This document shows, in pieces, positions 32,802 to 59,468 of a DNA stretch of 64,000 nucleotides; position 1 is the first letter of the stretch, and the number at the start of each line of letters is the position of its first letter. The DNA is from the human T2T-CHM13v2.0 reference genome, Homo sapiens. The position numbers and the translations under genes were made by a program. The stretch lies in NCBI RefSeq assembly GCF_009914755.1, contig NC_060926.1. One strand, 5' to 3'. The notes under the pieces are model-generated. The model was not told the origin of the DNA, made no database searches, and saw only the letters and a program-made list of their open reading frames with translations.

Positions 32802-33059
32802 TCATGAGGTCAGGAGTTCGAGAGCAGCCTGGCCAAGATGGTGAAACCCCGTCCCTACTAAAAATACAAAAATTAGCTGGGCGTGGTGGTGCGCCCCTGT
32901 AATCCCAGCTACTCAGGAAGCTGAGGCACGAGAATCGCTTGAACCCGGGAGGCAGAAGTTGCAGTGAGCCGAGATCGCTCCACTGCCCTTGAGCCTGGGT
33001 GATGGAGCGAGACTCCATCTCAAAAAAAAAAAAAAAGTCCAGATTGTCTATAGGGCTCT

Positions 33060-33260
33060 CTCTAGGCTCAAACCCTGGCTGTATAACTCATTTGCTAAGC
33101 CACCTGGAGCCAGTTCCTTAAACCTCATTGATCTTCAGTTTTTCTCCTCCGTAGAATGAAGATAATAATACCTACATCCAAAGGGGTAATGAAAAGATCA
33201 CAAGCTGATGTGAAGGTGGTATATAGCTCAGTGCATGACACTAGAAACATCTCACTTCAT
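33060..33260 (+). mobile_element. MIR
   Basis: cttcagtttttctcctccgtagaatgaagataataatacctac core. Confidence 0.7.
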
Positions 33261-33773
33261 GTATGCTTCCTTTAGCCCAAATCAGCCATGCTCATTTCTC
33301 ATTCCTGGGTTCTAAATAAACACAGATTGGATAAGTGAATTGATTTGTCTCAACATGTGACCAACAACAGAGTAACCTGAAACAAAAAATTCAGTAAAAA
33401 GTTGTGACCCTTTTACTGCTGACTCTGGCTTGAACACAGATTCCTCCATCACTTTGCATTGCATAACTGGATGTGTTCGAGGACTCCAAACACCATTTCC
33501 CCCAAAGCTTTAGAAATTGAAATACCCTGTGGGCACTACTGTTCCATGCAGCTTACTTATCAACTCTGTCTGCTTTAAAAAGCCCTTGCCCTGCTGTTAA
33601 TTCATATTTTTCAATGTTTGCATTTACATCAGTTTATTTCTCAGCCTCTGCCGAATCAGTTGGTACTTTTAAAGACAGCTTTTCGAATGGAAATTCAAAT
33701 GGAAACTTCTCTCATTTTAAAATATAAAAGGCTAATGACTTAGCCCAGTGTGCAGAATGACCCCTGTAGAAGG

Positions 33774-34396
33774 TGTTCAGAAGACCACCAGGATGGCTGA
33801 ATGGTAGAAAGGAGAGCTTTATTGTTGTTATCAGTTTGCAAGCCAGGAAGAGAAAGTCTCCGGTGTGGACTGAAGGTGCTCTCTCTTCAAAGAGGGAAAT
33901 AACAGGTTGGGTTTTAGGCCTCACAGGGCCTGTATCATACATAGTCAGCAGGCTTGGGGGAAAAGCTATACATACTTACGGGGGAGGCGCACACATGCAT
34001 AATTGGTACACATATATGTAACATACATCGTGTTCACTTTGTGATGGGGCTTTAGCATTAAAATGAGGTGGAATTTGGCTCTTTATGTCAACAGGTGAAC
34101 TACAGGCCACAAAGACAGCTTGTGTGCTGCCTCTGTAAGCTGGCTGAAACTGACCTGGGGTCTGCAGCAACTCATCAGAAAAGAATGTTTGTAATGGCTG
34201 TCTATCCAGACAGAGTTGTTGTCATCTGGGTTGTATAACAGAATTGAAAACTCCTATTTTTAGGGAGTTTAGCCACAGTAATTTAGAAATTTGCCAGCCA
34301 AGCCCTGAGCCCTTGACCCATCAGTAACTTGGTTTCCTTATCTTAGGGTCTGTCTTAGTTTATTAAGGGGCATCTATTTTCGTCTCTCAGATTACA
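33774..34396 (-). mobile_element. MER39/MER39B-type ERV1 solo LTR
   Basis: TG...CA ends; 4-bp TSD AAGG at 33770-33773 and 34397-34400; minus-strand start tgtaatctgagagacgaaaatagatgcccc; AATAAA at 33823-33818. Confidence 0.8.
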
Positions 34397-34469
34397 AAGG
34401 TAGAGCTGTAACTCAATAGCACTATGAGGTTATCCCAAGATTCAGAGTGGTCTTGTTTACAGAGCTCTA

Positions 34470-35569
<1,100 letters not shown>

Positions 35570-35675
35570 TCACGCCTATAATCTCAGCACTTTGTGAGGC
35601 TGAGGCAGGTAGATCACCTGAGGTCAGGAGTTCGAGACCAGCCTGGCCAACATAGTGAAACCCCATCTGTACTCA

Positions 35676-35885
<210 letters not shown>

Positions 35886-36051
35886 TCAGGAGACTGAGGC
35901 AGGAGAATCGCTTAAACCTGGGAGGTGGATGCCAGTGCACTCCAGCCTGGGTGACAGAGGCTCTCTCAAAAATAAACAGAGAAACAGAAATGAGAGATAC
36001 AAGAAAAAACGTAAAAGTTCTCAGATATCTAAGGCTGAGGCAAGAAATATG

Positions 36052-36901
<850 letters not shown>

Positions 36902-36988
36902 TATGGCATGGAGGCCATTATTGTATTGTCAGCCAACCCACTCCTAACACTGTAGCTTCATTAAACTTAACATTTAGGTAACATTAAA

Positions 36989-39165
<2,177 letters not shown>

Positions 39166-39303
39166 TGGCCTCAAAGCCGGGTGTGGTAGTGTGTACCTGT
39201 AGTCTCAGCTGCTCAGGAGGCAGATGCAAGAGCATCCCTTTGGCCCAGGAGTTCGAGACCAGCCTGGACAACATAGCAAGCCCCCATCATTTAAACAAAA
39301 TGA

Positions 39304-39597
<294 letters not shown>

Positions 39598-39662
39598 TGA
39601 ACTCCTAACCTCAGGTGATCCGTCCGCCTTGGCCTCCCAAAGTGCTGGGTTTACAGGCGTGA

Positions 39663-39893
<231 letters not shown>

Positions 39894-40504
39894 TGACCAT
39901 GCTGGTCTCAAACTCCTGACCTCAGGTGATCCAGCTGCCTCGGCCTCCCAAAGTGCTGGGATCACAGGGTGAGCCACCACACCAAGCCCCATGAACCACA
40001 TTCTTAAAGATGAGAAGCCACCAGAGGGACATGTCGCTCCTGTGTCATACTTATGACACCATCTCACATCAATGTCCTTGCTTTTTCTTCTGCTCTAGGA
40101 CCCTTTAAGCTTGCTTTTTTTTTTTTGTAGAGATGTGGTCTCCCTGTGTTGCCCAGGCTGGTCTTGAACTCCCGGGTTCAAGCAGTTCTCCCACCTCATC
40201 TTCCCAAAGTGCTGGGATTACAGGCGTGAGCTACCACAGTTGGCCCCTTTTTGCTCTTATTCAAGCAAAAGAAACACTCTCTTCCTTAAATTTCCAGCTT
40301 TGCAAAGCTCACTGTATAATCATTAACAGGTGCCATTATAGGAACAGCCCCTCTTTGTAATCTTCACCCCAGCCTCACTCCAGTCATGCTGCCCTGTTGG
40401 ACTGGGATGACCCTTCTCCCCATCACCACTCTGTGGACCTTGCTCTGTACGATGGCTAAGCCCTTCTAGGAGGCACCATGCACTCTGCTGCCCACAAAAA
40501 CACT

Positions 40505-40950
<446 letters not shown>

Positions 40951-41194
40951 TCCCATGCTGGCTCAGCACCACCTCTCCTCTCTACCAAGCACTAAGCACC
41001 CCCCTGGAGGGAGGAACCAGTTAGGTGATGCCAGAGGAAGCAATCAGATGAATCTAGAATGCGGATCATTATACAAGATAGTCTTCCAAAAGCCACTTTC
41101 ATATCATGAAATATTTAAGGAGAAGATCATATAATGTCTGATATGTACTTCAGAACAACCAAGAGCAAGGGCAAGTGGGTGGGAATATAGATGA

Positions 41195-41443
<249 letters not shown>

Positions 41444-42154
41444 TGACCTCAAATGATCTGCCCGCCCCGGCCTCCCAAAGTGCTAGGATTACAGGCATGA
41501 GCTACCACACCCAGCCCCCTCAAATTGATAATTATTGAAGCTGGATAATGGGGTTCATTTTATTAATCTCTCCACTTTTATATGTATTTGAAATTATCCA
41601 TAATAAAAAAGTAAAGCCCAGTACGGTGGCTCATGCCTATAATCCCAGATCTTTGGGAGGCTGAGGCAGAAGAATTGTTTGAGCCCAGGAGTTCAAGACC
41701 AGCCTGGGCAACATAGTGAGACCCTGTCTCTACTAAAAATAATTTTTTAGAAATTATCTGCATGTGGTGGTACTCTATGCCTGTGATCCCAGCCACTCAG
41801 AATGCTGAGGTGGGAGGATCACTTGAGCCCAGGAGGTCAAGGCTGCAGTGAGCCATGATCATGCCACTGCACTCCAGCCTGGGCAACAGAGTGAGACCTT
41901 GTCTCAAATATTATATATATATATTTTTTGAGTAAAAATAAAATGTTAACACCTTGGACTTCATTTAAGCTTATTTTTGAATGCCGATTGTGATTCCTTA
42001 ATTCCTTCAGATTGGATCTGAAAATAGAGAGGTGTAGGCGGGGGGTAACGGATTGGAGATAATTTACTTATTATTATTATTTATTTATTTATTTATTATT
42101 CTTTTTTGATATGGAGTCTCTGTCTGTTTTCCAGGCTGGAGTACAGTGGCATGA

Positions 42155-42367
<213 letters not shown>

Positions 42368-43722
42368 TGAGACAGAGTCTCACTCCATCTCCTGAACTGG
42401 AGTACAGTGGTGCAATTATAGGTCACTGTTACCTCGAACTCCTAGGCTCAAGTGGCTTCTTCTCTCTTCAGCCTCCCGAGTAGCTGGAGTAGCATGCGTG
42501 ATCACGCTTGGCTAATTTTTTAATTTTTTGTAGAGAGAAGGTCTCACTGTGTTTCTGAGGTTGGTTCCCAGCTCCTGGGCTCAAGCAATCTTCCCACCTC
42601 GGCTTCCAAAAGTGCTGGGATTGCAGGCGTGAGCCACTGGTGATGGTCTTGCTTTGTCTCCCAGGCTGTAGTAGAGTGGCACAATCACAGCTCACTGTGG
42701 CCTTGACCTCCTAAGCTCAAGCAATCCTCCCTCCTCAGGCTCCTAAGTAGCTGGGACTATGGGCATGCATGACCACACCCAGCTAATGTCATTTTTTTAT
42801 ATAGAGATGGGGGTCTCACTATGTTGCCTAAGCTGGTCTCAAACTCATGCAGTCCTCCCACCTCAGCCTCCCAAAGTGTTGGGATTACAGGCATGAGCCA
42901 CTGTGCCTGGCTGAGAATAAGATTTCTGAAAAAGATACATAAAATAGTTATGAGTGGTTATTTCTTGGTCGAGGGACTAGGAATATGAGGTTAGACATGA
43001 GACCTATCTTTTGTTGGTTATTATAAACCTTTCATCTTTTTTTTTAACTGTGTGAAAAGATTATGTTTTTAATGAAAAAAAAAAAGGAAAACTAGGTCAG
43101 GTGCCGTGGCTCACACCTGTAATCCCAACACTTCGGGAGACTGAGGTGGGAGGATCACTTGAGCCCAGGAGTTCAAGACCAGCCTGAGCAATATAGTGAG
43201 ACCCCCATTTCTACAGAAACGTTAAAAAATTAGCCAAGCACGGGGGCGCACACCTGTAGTCCCACCTACTCCAGAGGCTGAGGTGGGATGATGGCTTAAG
43301 CCTGGGAGGCAGAGATTGCAGTGACAGAGGTTGCAGTGAGTCAAGATCTCGATGCTGCATTCCAGCCTGAGCAACGGGGTGAGTCTGTCTCAAAAAAAAA
43401 AAAAAGAAAGAAAGAAACCTAGTTAAAAAAAATCTGAGCATGTAGCATTCTACCAGATTACCTCTTTTTCCTGAGGCCCATTCTTGCTGGTTTCTGCATC
43501 CCCATCTTCTGAGTTACACCTGGGCCAGGCTGGGCACCTGCTGTTCCCTCTGCCTAGAGCACGAACACATTGTCCCAGAGCATTAGGTGGGTCATTCCTT
43601 CTTGTCAGTCAAGTCTCAGTTCAAATGTCACTTCCTCAGAGAGAAATCTTTCCCCAGCCACACATTCTAGCATATAAACCTATTTTTTTCTTTCCCTTAC
43701 CCTATTTTTAAAAATCTAACTT

Positions 43723-44770
<1,048 letters not shown>

Positions 44771-45271
44771 TAGAGCCACTGCGCCTGGCCTCACCTGTTA
44801 CTTATTTACCGTCTGTCTCCCACAAGATGCTGTTCACTTCCTTTGAGAGCAAGGACTCTGGGGTCAGTTCACACCAATACTCCCAGTTCCTAGAACGGTG
44901 CTTGGCTCCTTGTAGAAGCTCAATACCTATTTGTTGGCCGGGTATGGTGGCTCACACCTGTAATCTCAGCACTTTGGGAGACCAAGGTGGGTGGCTTGCT
45001 TGAACCCAGGTGTTTGAGACCAGTATGGGCAACATGGCAAAACTCTGTTTCTACTAAAAAATGCAAAAATTAGCCAGGCGTGGTGGCATGAGCCTGTAAT
45101 CCCGGCTACTTGGGAGGCTGAGGTGGGAGGTTCAATTAAGCCTGGGGGGTTGAGGCGGCAGTGAGCCATGATCATACCACTGCACTTTAGTCTGGGCGAC
45201 ACAGTGAGACCCTGTCGCAAAAAACAAAAACAAAACAAAAAAAAGTAAAATAAAGGAATAAATAAATATTA

Positions 45272-45835
<564 letters not shown>

Positions 45836-46839
45836 TTATTCCTTACTCAGCAGATGCTTTAGTCAGAAAAGTTCTTGAGATCAGCTCCCATCATGTCTGG
45901 GTCCCCGCCTTCACCCCTTCTGTCCCTGGAGGAAGGAGAAAATGTGAAAGCAGACCAGGACCTACAAGGAGGGAACTGTTCACTATTGAATTGAACACTT
46001 CAAATGGGCAAATTGTGAATTATATCTTAATGACACTGTCACGAAACAAAAGAACTGCTTCTTTCCTGTAGTATCTTGGCTTAGAAACTATAGAAAATAT
46101 GGGGAAAAAAATGTAGAAGGCTGTTGCCCTGGGGGTAGATTGACATCCCTGATATCCAACTGTTTGGGTGCTGGAGATCAGGGGAAGAAGCGTTCCAGCA
46201 AAGCAAGCCTTGAGCCCAGACAGGAAGGAAGTGGGAGAGCCAGGCAGAGAGAGGGGGATGCCCCCACTCTGACCCTTATCACATCACAGGACATATTCAA
46301 ACAGCTGGGCAAGGATTCTGTTCGGAAGAAAAATCAAAGACACTTTCAAACTGAATGGAAGTTCCCCACTGTGTCCTATCCATTCTGCAAAGAGGAGAGC
46401 TCCCTTTACCAACATTAATGAACCAAAATTAACTAGTTTAGGAGTTAGCTTTCAAAAACACCTGCTGTTCTTACCCTTCTGTCCCTCTAACAATCTATTT
46501 CCCAACCCCACAATCCTAGCCCTCCTCCCACTATGTTCAGTGCTGCTATTTCTGCCTTAGAGGAAAGACTGGGACTGGGTTTGACTGAAGTGAAGTGTAT
46601 GGCATTCCTGGAAATGATCTTCTCATTGTAGATGCAACCAAAATAGCATTGACTCCACACTTAATAATTGATATACTCTTCAACAGTAATTGCATTTTTC
46701 TCCAAAGTGCAGGATTTAAAATACTTTTTTTTTCTCTGGTTCTTAACTGGAGATAAAATGATTCAATTCTGGTGTGTGTGATCTCATTACCTTTCTACGT
46801 CAAAAAAAAAAAAAAACCTCAGGCATTTGCCTCAGTTTA

Positions 46840-47252
<413 letters not shown>

Positions 47253-47274
47253 TCAGGAGATTGAGACCATCCTA

Positions 47275-47610
<336 letters not shown>

Positions 47611-49363
47611 TTATACTAGAGATCAACCTCAACTTGATGATTGGCAGTTTTTGAAAGGGATTTGGAGAAGATGCATTTAGGTTGGTGTGTAAGCCTGTCT
47701 CAGGCCTGAGTTTGAAAAAAGAGCCTATGGCTCAGCCAAAAATGATGAGAGATGAGTGCCCACTGGAGCTTTCCTAGTTTTTCGGGATTCCACTTCCAGT
47801 GCTGTAACTCCATGCTGCCATGTGGCCAAGCAACAGCAGGTCCTCTCCCCAGAAGAGAACCTTCCTCTGACTGCAGGAGTGTTGCCCTCTGCTTAACATT
47901 TGCTAGTACTCTATGTCTTCCAAGTAGGATTTTTCCTTTCCAGAGGAAAGTAATCACAAACAAAAATCTTTATAGCAAAGGACACTGAGAAGCTTTTTAT
48001 CCCCTTTCACTAGCTTCTGTTGTGAGGGATGAAACTGAAAGGACAATTAGAACAAATGTCAGCGTAAATCTCCAAAGAAAGAAGAAAATAAGCTTACCAA
48101 GTTTCCTTTGATGATGCCAAGAAGACATTTTCTCCTCTAGATAACAGTGTGTATTTAATTTAGACCATGTCAAGGGATTAGAAAACACTCAACCACTGTA
48201 CCAGTGGTCTACCTCAGTAACAACAGATACTTATGGAAAGGGAGAAATTGTATATAACTTCCATTGACTCGGCATTAGTTAAGACTTTCAATTTATAGTT
48301 CTTTGTGCTTTCACCCTAGTCACCAACTCAAGAATGACATTTATATTCTATATAAACATTCTGAGACATCCTCTACTTACAGGACCCTTAAGAAAACTCC
48401 AATTTTAATGGCACCAATCAAACCATCCATCAATTCTCCCAGACTGTGAAAATGCAAGGTCTACAGATAATTTTGCCACTTAATTTAAATCAGTCCCCAT
48501 GGCATCCCCTATAAAAATGTTCACTCTGCCTTTACTTGCTAACTTGCTAAATAACCAACTGGGCATACGAGAGGCTAGTGTTTCTGGTTACCCATGCAGG
48601 GGAAACCCCATTTCATCTTTGTGTTGGCAAGCCCTTTGTTACATGTTTAAGTTACTTTTTGGATATTAAACTATAGTGATTTATTCTGCAAAACCTATTG
48701 TGGTTGGAGGGAGTGTGAGGGGAATGAAATGAGCATTACTTGGGATACTGGTCCCTGTTCAGGTTGGGACTGAGAAAGGATTCAGCAATCACTGGGGTGG
48801 GTAGGTCAGTCTTTTCAGTTTGACAAATATCCTTGGAACTTAAACAAAACAAAACACTTCCAGAGAGGACCACTAGGAGGTGCTGGGAAGAAAGGGCAAT
48901 GACTTCACCCAGGAAAAGGGATAGACTCCAAGTGAAGAAGGAACAGACTCCGTGTTAAAGCCTCCTGGCCAATAGTGAGGCCCCATCTAAACCTAGCGAG
49001 AGACCCAGCTCCATGGAATGGTATAACCAGGCTTATCAAGACCCTCAGAAGTAGTATTTGGCCAGCCACATAGGACAGAGAAAAGGGTAGAACTTCCAGG
49101 ACAGAGAGAGACAAACACCAGGAGGGACATTTGGAAAACTAGACCCACTTGTCCTGAAGCCCAGAGTGCTGGACTCAGTGAGCCGGGAGTGAGGGAGAAC
49201 TTAAAGGGACAGGGAAGTGCAGGACTGCCACGCCTCCCAGGCTGGCCTGAGGGGCAAACGGGCTTACACCTAGGAAAGCCCTGGAAGGATTTCAGACTCC
49301 CATGAAATCCAGCAATGCTGGCCTCCCTCCACTACCTCAAATTGAGACAGACATGAGAGCTCA

Positions 49364-49749
<386 letters not shown>

Positions 49750-50127
49750 TTAGCTCACTATTTATATGATGCTTGTAAAAAATACATATGCTTTTAAAAT
49801 ATTTTTCTTTCTTTTTGTGTGTATGTGGTTTTTTGTTTGTTTGTTTTGAGATAGAGTCTCACTTCATCACCCAGGCTGGAGTGCAGGGGCACTGTCTTGA
49901 GGCTCACTACAACCTCCACCTCCAGGATTCAAGCAATTATCCTGCCTCAGCCTCCTGAGTGGCTGGGATTACAGGCGCCCACCACCACATCCAGCTAATT
50001 TTTGTATTTTTAATACAGATGGGGTTTCACCATGTTGGCCAAGCTGCTCTCAAACTCTTGACCTCAAGCGATCTGCCCACCTCGGGCTCCTCCCAAAGTG
50101 CTGGGATTACAGGCATGAGCGCCCAGC

Positions 50128-50159
<32 letters not shown>

Positions 50160-50520
50160 GAGACAGGGTCTCACTGTTGTCCAGGCTGGAGTACAGCAGT
50201 GCAATTTTAAATCACTGCATCCTCAGACTTATGGGATCAAATAATCCTCCCGCCTCAGCCTCCAGAGTAGCTGGGACTACAGGCATGCACCACCATGCCT
50301 GGTTAATTTATTTTTATTTTTTATAGAGATGAGGTTGCCACTGTGTTGCCCAGGCTTGTATCAAACTCCTAGCCTCAAGCGATTGTCCTGCCTTGACCTC
50401 CCAAAGCGCTGGGATTACAGGCGTGACCCACTATGACCGGCCTAAACTTTTATATTTTTCTTTGGATATGTATGCCTGTGTTTATTTTATTTTATTTTAT
50501 TTTATCTTATTTTATTTTAA

Positions 50521-50634
<114 letters not shown>

Positions 50635-52492
50635 TGAGTAGCTGGGATTACAGGTGCCCACCACCACACCTGGCTAATTCTTGTATTTTTAGTAGAGACA
50701 GGGTTTCACCCTGTTGGCCAGGCTGGTCTCAAACTCCTGACATCAGGTGATCTGCCCACCTCAGCCTCCCAAAGTGCTGGGAATACAGGTGTGAGCCAGT
50801 GTGCCCAGCCTATTTTATTTTTTGAGATGGCATCTATGTTGTCCAAGCTAGTCTTGAACTCCTGGACTCAAACAATCCTCCCACCTCAACTTCCCGAGTA
50901 GCTGAGATTATAGGCATGTGCTGCTGCATGCAGCTTCTGTGTATTTTATTTTATTTTATTTTTTATTTTTTTGAGATGGATTCTCGCTCTCTCTCCCAGG
51001 CTAGAGTGCAGTGGTATGATCTTGGCTCACTACAACCTCTGCCTCCTAGGTTCAAGCGATTCTCCTGCCTCAGCCTTCTGAGTAGCTGGGATTACAGGTG
51101 TGCACCACCTCGCTCGGCTAATTTTTGTATTTTTAGTAGAGACAGGGTTTCACCATGTTGGTCAGGCTGGTCTCGAACTCCCGACCTCGTGATTCGCCCA
51201 CCTCGGCCTCCCAAAGTGCTGGATTACAGGCGTGAACCACCGTGCCCAGTCGTTTCAGTGTTTATTTTATTTTATTTTGTTTTATTTTATGTATTTTTTT
51301 TTTTTTTGAGACAAGAGTCTCGCTCTGTCATTCCCAGGCTGGAGTGCAGTGGTGCGATCTCGGCTCACTGCCAGCTCTGCCTCCCGGGTTCACGCCATTC
51401 TCCTGCTTCAGCCTCCTGAGTAGCTTGGACTACAGGCGCCTGCCACCACGCCCGGCTAATTTTTTATATTTTTCTCCTGCCTCAGCCTCCCAAGTAGCTG
51501 GGATTACAGGCACCCGCCACCACGCCCAGCTGATTTTTTTGTATTTTTAGTAGAGACAGGGTTTCACCGTGTTAGCTCCAGGATGGTCTTGATTTCCTGA
51601 CCTCATGATCTGCCCGCCTCAGCCTCCCAAAGTGCTGGGATCAGGCATGAGCCACCGCTCCTGGCGCAGTGTTTATTTTAAAAGCTGTTTCTGTAAAAGC
51701 TCAGTCAATATTAAAGTAAAGGGAAAGGGATTTTTGACCGCACTTGGATTTTAGGTTGGGAAGAGTAGAGATAAATTATAAAAAATACCAGAAATACTGC
51801 AACGTTTTCCTTGGATCTAGGCTTTTTATTAAGCGCAGAAAATGGATACATCTTTATGAAACTCAAAGCTTTTCTGCTAAAGGTCCCAACCCATCTCACT
51901 TCCATAGGTGTCCAGGTTACTCCTTTTCTCCTTCCCCAACAATGGTTTTACAGAATTCTAATGTTCACAGGCTTATAAACCCAAGGCAACTGTTATAGTT
52001 TTATTGTACAAAATGGCAATATCCTGCACTAGGAAAGAAGGAAATGGCTCACCGGCGGGAACTTAGGTCTAGACTTGGAACTATTGAGGAATGTAGTGGT
52101 GACAAGCCCTGCACACAGTTCAGCCAAAGCCTGTTTAAGCAGCTTTAGATATATAGAGAAAACAAAGAAGTCAATGAATATTAAAGTATGCAAAGAAATT
52201 AGGAAACCAAAATAGAAACAAATGTAGGCGTGTGCAAAAGTATAGTGCACTTTACCTTAGGTCAGGAAATAATGAAGCATGAAAATGCAGTATCTGCCAG
52301 CTGTGGCTGCTCATGCCTGTCGTCACAGCACTTTGAGAGGCCATGAAGGGAGGAATACTTGAGCCCAGGAGTTCAAGACCAGCCTGGGCAACATAGCGAG
52401 ACCCTGTCTCTATAAAAAATAAAAAATTTGGCCCGGTGTGGTGGCTCACGCCTGTAAACCCAGCACTTTGGGAGGCCGAGGCGGGCAGATCA

Positions 52493-52738
<246 letters not shown>

Positions 52739-52862
52739 TTAGGCTGGGTGCAGTGGCTCACACCCCTAATCCCAGCACTTTGGGAGGCCGAGGCAGGTGC
52801 ATCACCTGAGGTCAGGAGGTCAAGACCGGCATGGCCAACATGGTGAAACCTCATCTCTACTA

Positions 52863-53078
<216 letters not shown>

Positions 53079-53219
53079 CTAACGCTTTGGGAGGTGAAGG
53101 AAGGTGATCACCTGAGGTCAAGAGTTCGAGACCAGCTTGGCCAACATGGGGAAACCCTGTCTCTACTAAAAATACACAAATTAGCCAGGTGTGGTGGCGG
53201 GAGCCTGTAATCCCAGCTA

Positions 53220-54760
<1,541 letters not shown>

Positions 54761-54809
54761 GCCAGGCGCAGTGGCTCACAACTGTGATCCCAGCACTTTG
54801 AGAGGCTTA

Positions 54810-55100
<291 letters not shown>

Positions 55101-56041
55101 TCAGAGGCTGAGGATCACTTGAGCCCAGGAATTTGAGACCAGCCTGGGCAACATAACGATACCTTCATCTGTACAAATAAAAATTCTTTTAAAAATTAAC
55201 CAGGGCCGGTTACGGTGGCTCACACTTGTAATCCCAGCACTTTGGGAGGCCGAGGCAGGTGAACTCCTGAGGTCAGGAGTTCAAGACCATCCTGGGCAAC
55301 ATGGTGAAACCCTGTCTCACGTAAACAATTTGCCAGGCATGGTGTTGAATGCCTGTAATCCCAGCTACTCAGGAGACTGAGGTGGGAGGATGGCTTGCGC
55401 ATAGGAGGTGGAGGTTGCAGTGAGTTGAGATCACGCTGCTGTACTCCAGCCTGGGTGATAAGAGCCAGACCTTGTCTCAAAAAAAATAAATAAAGTGATT
55501 GAGTTCAAGGAAAACTTAAACACAATTTAGGGTAGCAGGGTCATGACAAGTCTTAAGAATGGTAAATGTCCTAGAGCCATTTTCAGCAGTAGTTGCCCTA
55601 TGGAACTGAGTGTGCCTCAGTCTCCCTTAATGCTCTGCTCCAGCCTCTGTGCTACAGTCTAAGTGTTTGTGTTCCAAACCCTGCACCTGTAGGCCCTCTT
55701 TAGATCTCCCGTTCTTTTCCAATTGTCCAGAGGACCTCTCCACCTGAACATTCCACAGGCACCACAAAATCAACTTGTCCCAGAGCAAACCAATGACCCT
55801 CTTTATTTCCTGTCTTGTTGAACTGTACCACCATCCACCTGCTTCAGTTGTGCCCAGCTTCATGCTTCAAGATGCTGCCCCCATAAGCATAAGAGAGCAG
55901 TGGGGTGTAATGAGCAGGCTTCCCAGGATTGCTTCCTTCGTGACCCTTATGAATCATTTATACCTTTTCCCATCTCAGGTCATCCATCATTGGCTCTCAC
56001 TCATTCTTTTGTTCCTCCTTTTTTTTTTCTTTTTGAGATAG

Positions 56042-56317
<276 letters not shown>

Positions 56318-56457
56318 TAGCCTCTCCACCCCAGTGGAGCTCCCTACTGCTGACCTCAAGTTCTCGACTTTGATAAATATCTCTTTCCTCTCTCCCGGCA
56401 TCTCTTAGAACTAACAAATGGCAAACTCCTTGTTGGCATCACATCTCTGGGGCTTCC

Positions 56458-56947
56458 TGTGGTAGGCAGCCTGTAAGGTGACTTCTTGTGTAATCACCTC
56501 CCCTTGAGTGGGGATTGGACCTAGTGGCTCACTTCTAATGAATAAAATACAGCAAAAGGGATGGGATGTCACTTCCAAGATTTGGTTACAAAAGCCTGTG
56601 GCCTCTTTCTTGGACATATCTGTTGCTCTCTTCTTGGCTCACTCTGAGGGGAGCCAGCTGCCATGTTGTGAGCTGCTTTTTAGAGAGGCCTACGCAGAAA
56701 GGAACTGACATCTCTGGCCAGCAATCAGAGTGGACCTGAGGCCTGCCAACAGCCACGTGAGTGAACTTGGAAGCAGACCCCACCCCATCGGCCTAGTGAT
56801 GATTGCAGCCTTGTGAGAGACCCTGAGCCAGGGGCAAACAGCTAAGCTGCACCCAGATTCCTAACCATAGAAACTAAGACAGTAATTGTTGTCTTAAGTC
56901 ATTAAGTTTTGGGGTAATTTATCACATAACAATAGATAACTAATACC
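56458..56947 (+). mobile_element. MLT1F-type MaLR solo LTR
   Basis: tgtggtaggcagcc...gccagctgccatgttgtgagc...ttttggggtaattt...aatagataactaatac. Confidence 0.85.
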
Positions 56948-57294
56948 TCCTAAACCCTTGTACCACCTTCATGGGCAACTCAAACTAGTTGTAGTACAAT
57001 GTTACACATGGATTTCCATATTATTACACAGGGCCATGGACCCGGGGCACACAGAAAGGAAGGGTGGCTCTCAAAATAGGCAGAGCCCTTTCCTCTCATT
57101 AATTCAAGCCAGTTTGAGAAGCCCTTTGTCAGACTGGCTAATCTAGGCTGGATAGTGTCCAGATAACTGCCCCTGAATCTTTCTCTCTTTTTTTTTTTTT
57201 TTTTTTTGAGACAGAGTCTCACTCTGTTGCCCAGGCTGGAGTGCAATGGCACAGTCTTAGCTCACTGCAACTTCCGCCTCCCCGGTTCAAGTGA

Positions 57295-57549
<255 letters not shown>

Positions 57550-58649
57550 TAATTTCCTAACCTTTCCAGTTGTGTGATAGAGGCAGCCTCAGTAGTCTTC
57601 CTAGTCCTAAAGCAAACTGGGGAGACTTGGAGAGTGAGGTAGTTACAACCACCCTCCGTCCCTGACTTTGATATGCAAAGAGGATCCTCAGGGGTTACTT
57701 GCTGTAGAATGTGAGCTATCTGTGTCTAGGACCTGTGTCAAGGGTACAATCAGAGCACTGTGGCATCCCTGGGAGGGTAGGGGCAGGTGAACTGTGGCTC
57801 TTGCTATGAGGCTTGCTTGGGAATAATTTCGTTCCTTGCACCCACTTTCAGGAAGGAATATGATCAGCACCTCTGGAATGATATCTCTAGGCAAACTGCT
57901 TGACAGAATTGGGGGACACACGCTTCTGGCTTAGGGAAAGGCTGGAGGGACCCAGTGCGGTGGCTCACGCCTATAATCTCAGCACTTTGGGAGGCTAAAA
58001 CGGGAGAATTGCTTGAGCCCAGGAATTCTAGACCATCCTGGGCATCACAGGGAGACCCCATCTCTACACAAAAAAATAAAAATTAGTTGAGTATGGTGGT
58101 GTGTACCTGTAGTCCCAGCTATTCCAGAGGCTGAGACAGGAGGATCCAGCTTGGGAGAGAGAGACCCTGTCTCAGAAAGATGGGAAAAAAAGGAAGGAAG
58201 GAAGGAGGGAGGGAAGGAAGAAGGGAGATCAACATGTGGTCTTTTTTTTTTTTTTTTTTTTGAGACAGGGTCTTACTTTGTCAGGTAGGCTAGAGTGCAG
58301 TGGCAGGATCACAGCTCCATTGCAGCTGCAACCTCCTGGGCTCTAGTGATCTTCCTGTCTCAGCCTCCCAAGTAGCTGGGACCACAGGCACTCGTCACCA
58401 CACCCAGCTAATTTTTTTTTTCTTTGTAGAAACAGGGTCTCACTGTGTTGCCCAGTTTGGTCTTGAACTCCTGGGCTCAAGAGATCCTCCCATCTCAGGC
58501 CTCCCAGAGTGCTAGAATACAGGCGTGGGCCATCACACCCAGCCCAAAGATGAACTTTTCATCAGTGTTTATCCTAAAGGGGCTTTTAGTTCAATGTATA
58601 TTCCTTGAACTTGGCCTCATAGTTCTGAATGTCAGTTGACTTCCCTGCC

Positions 58650-59468
<819 letters not shown>

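Noticed and set aside
48505-48520. TATAAAA in unique sequence
   Set aside because: No supporting promoter context or downstream exon that I can identify.
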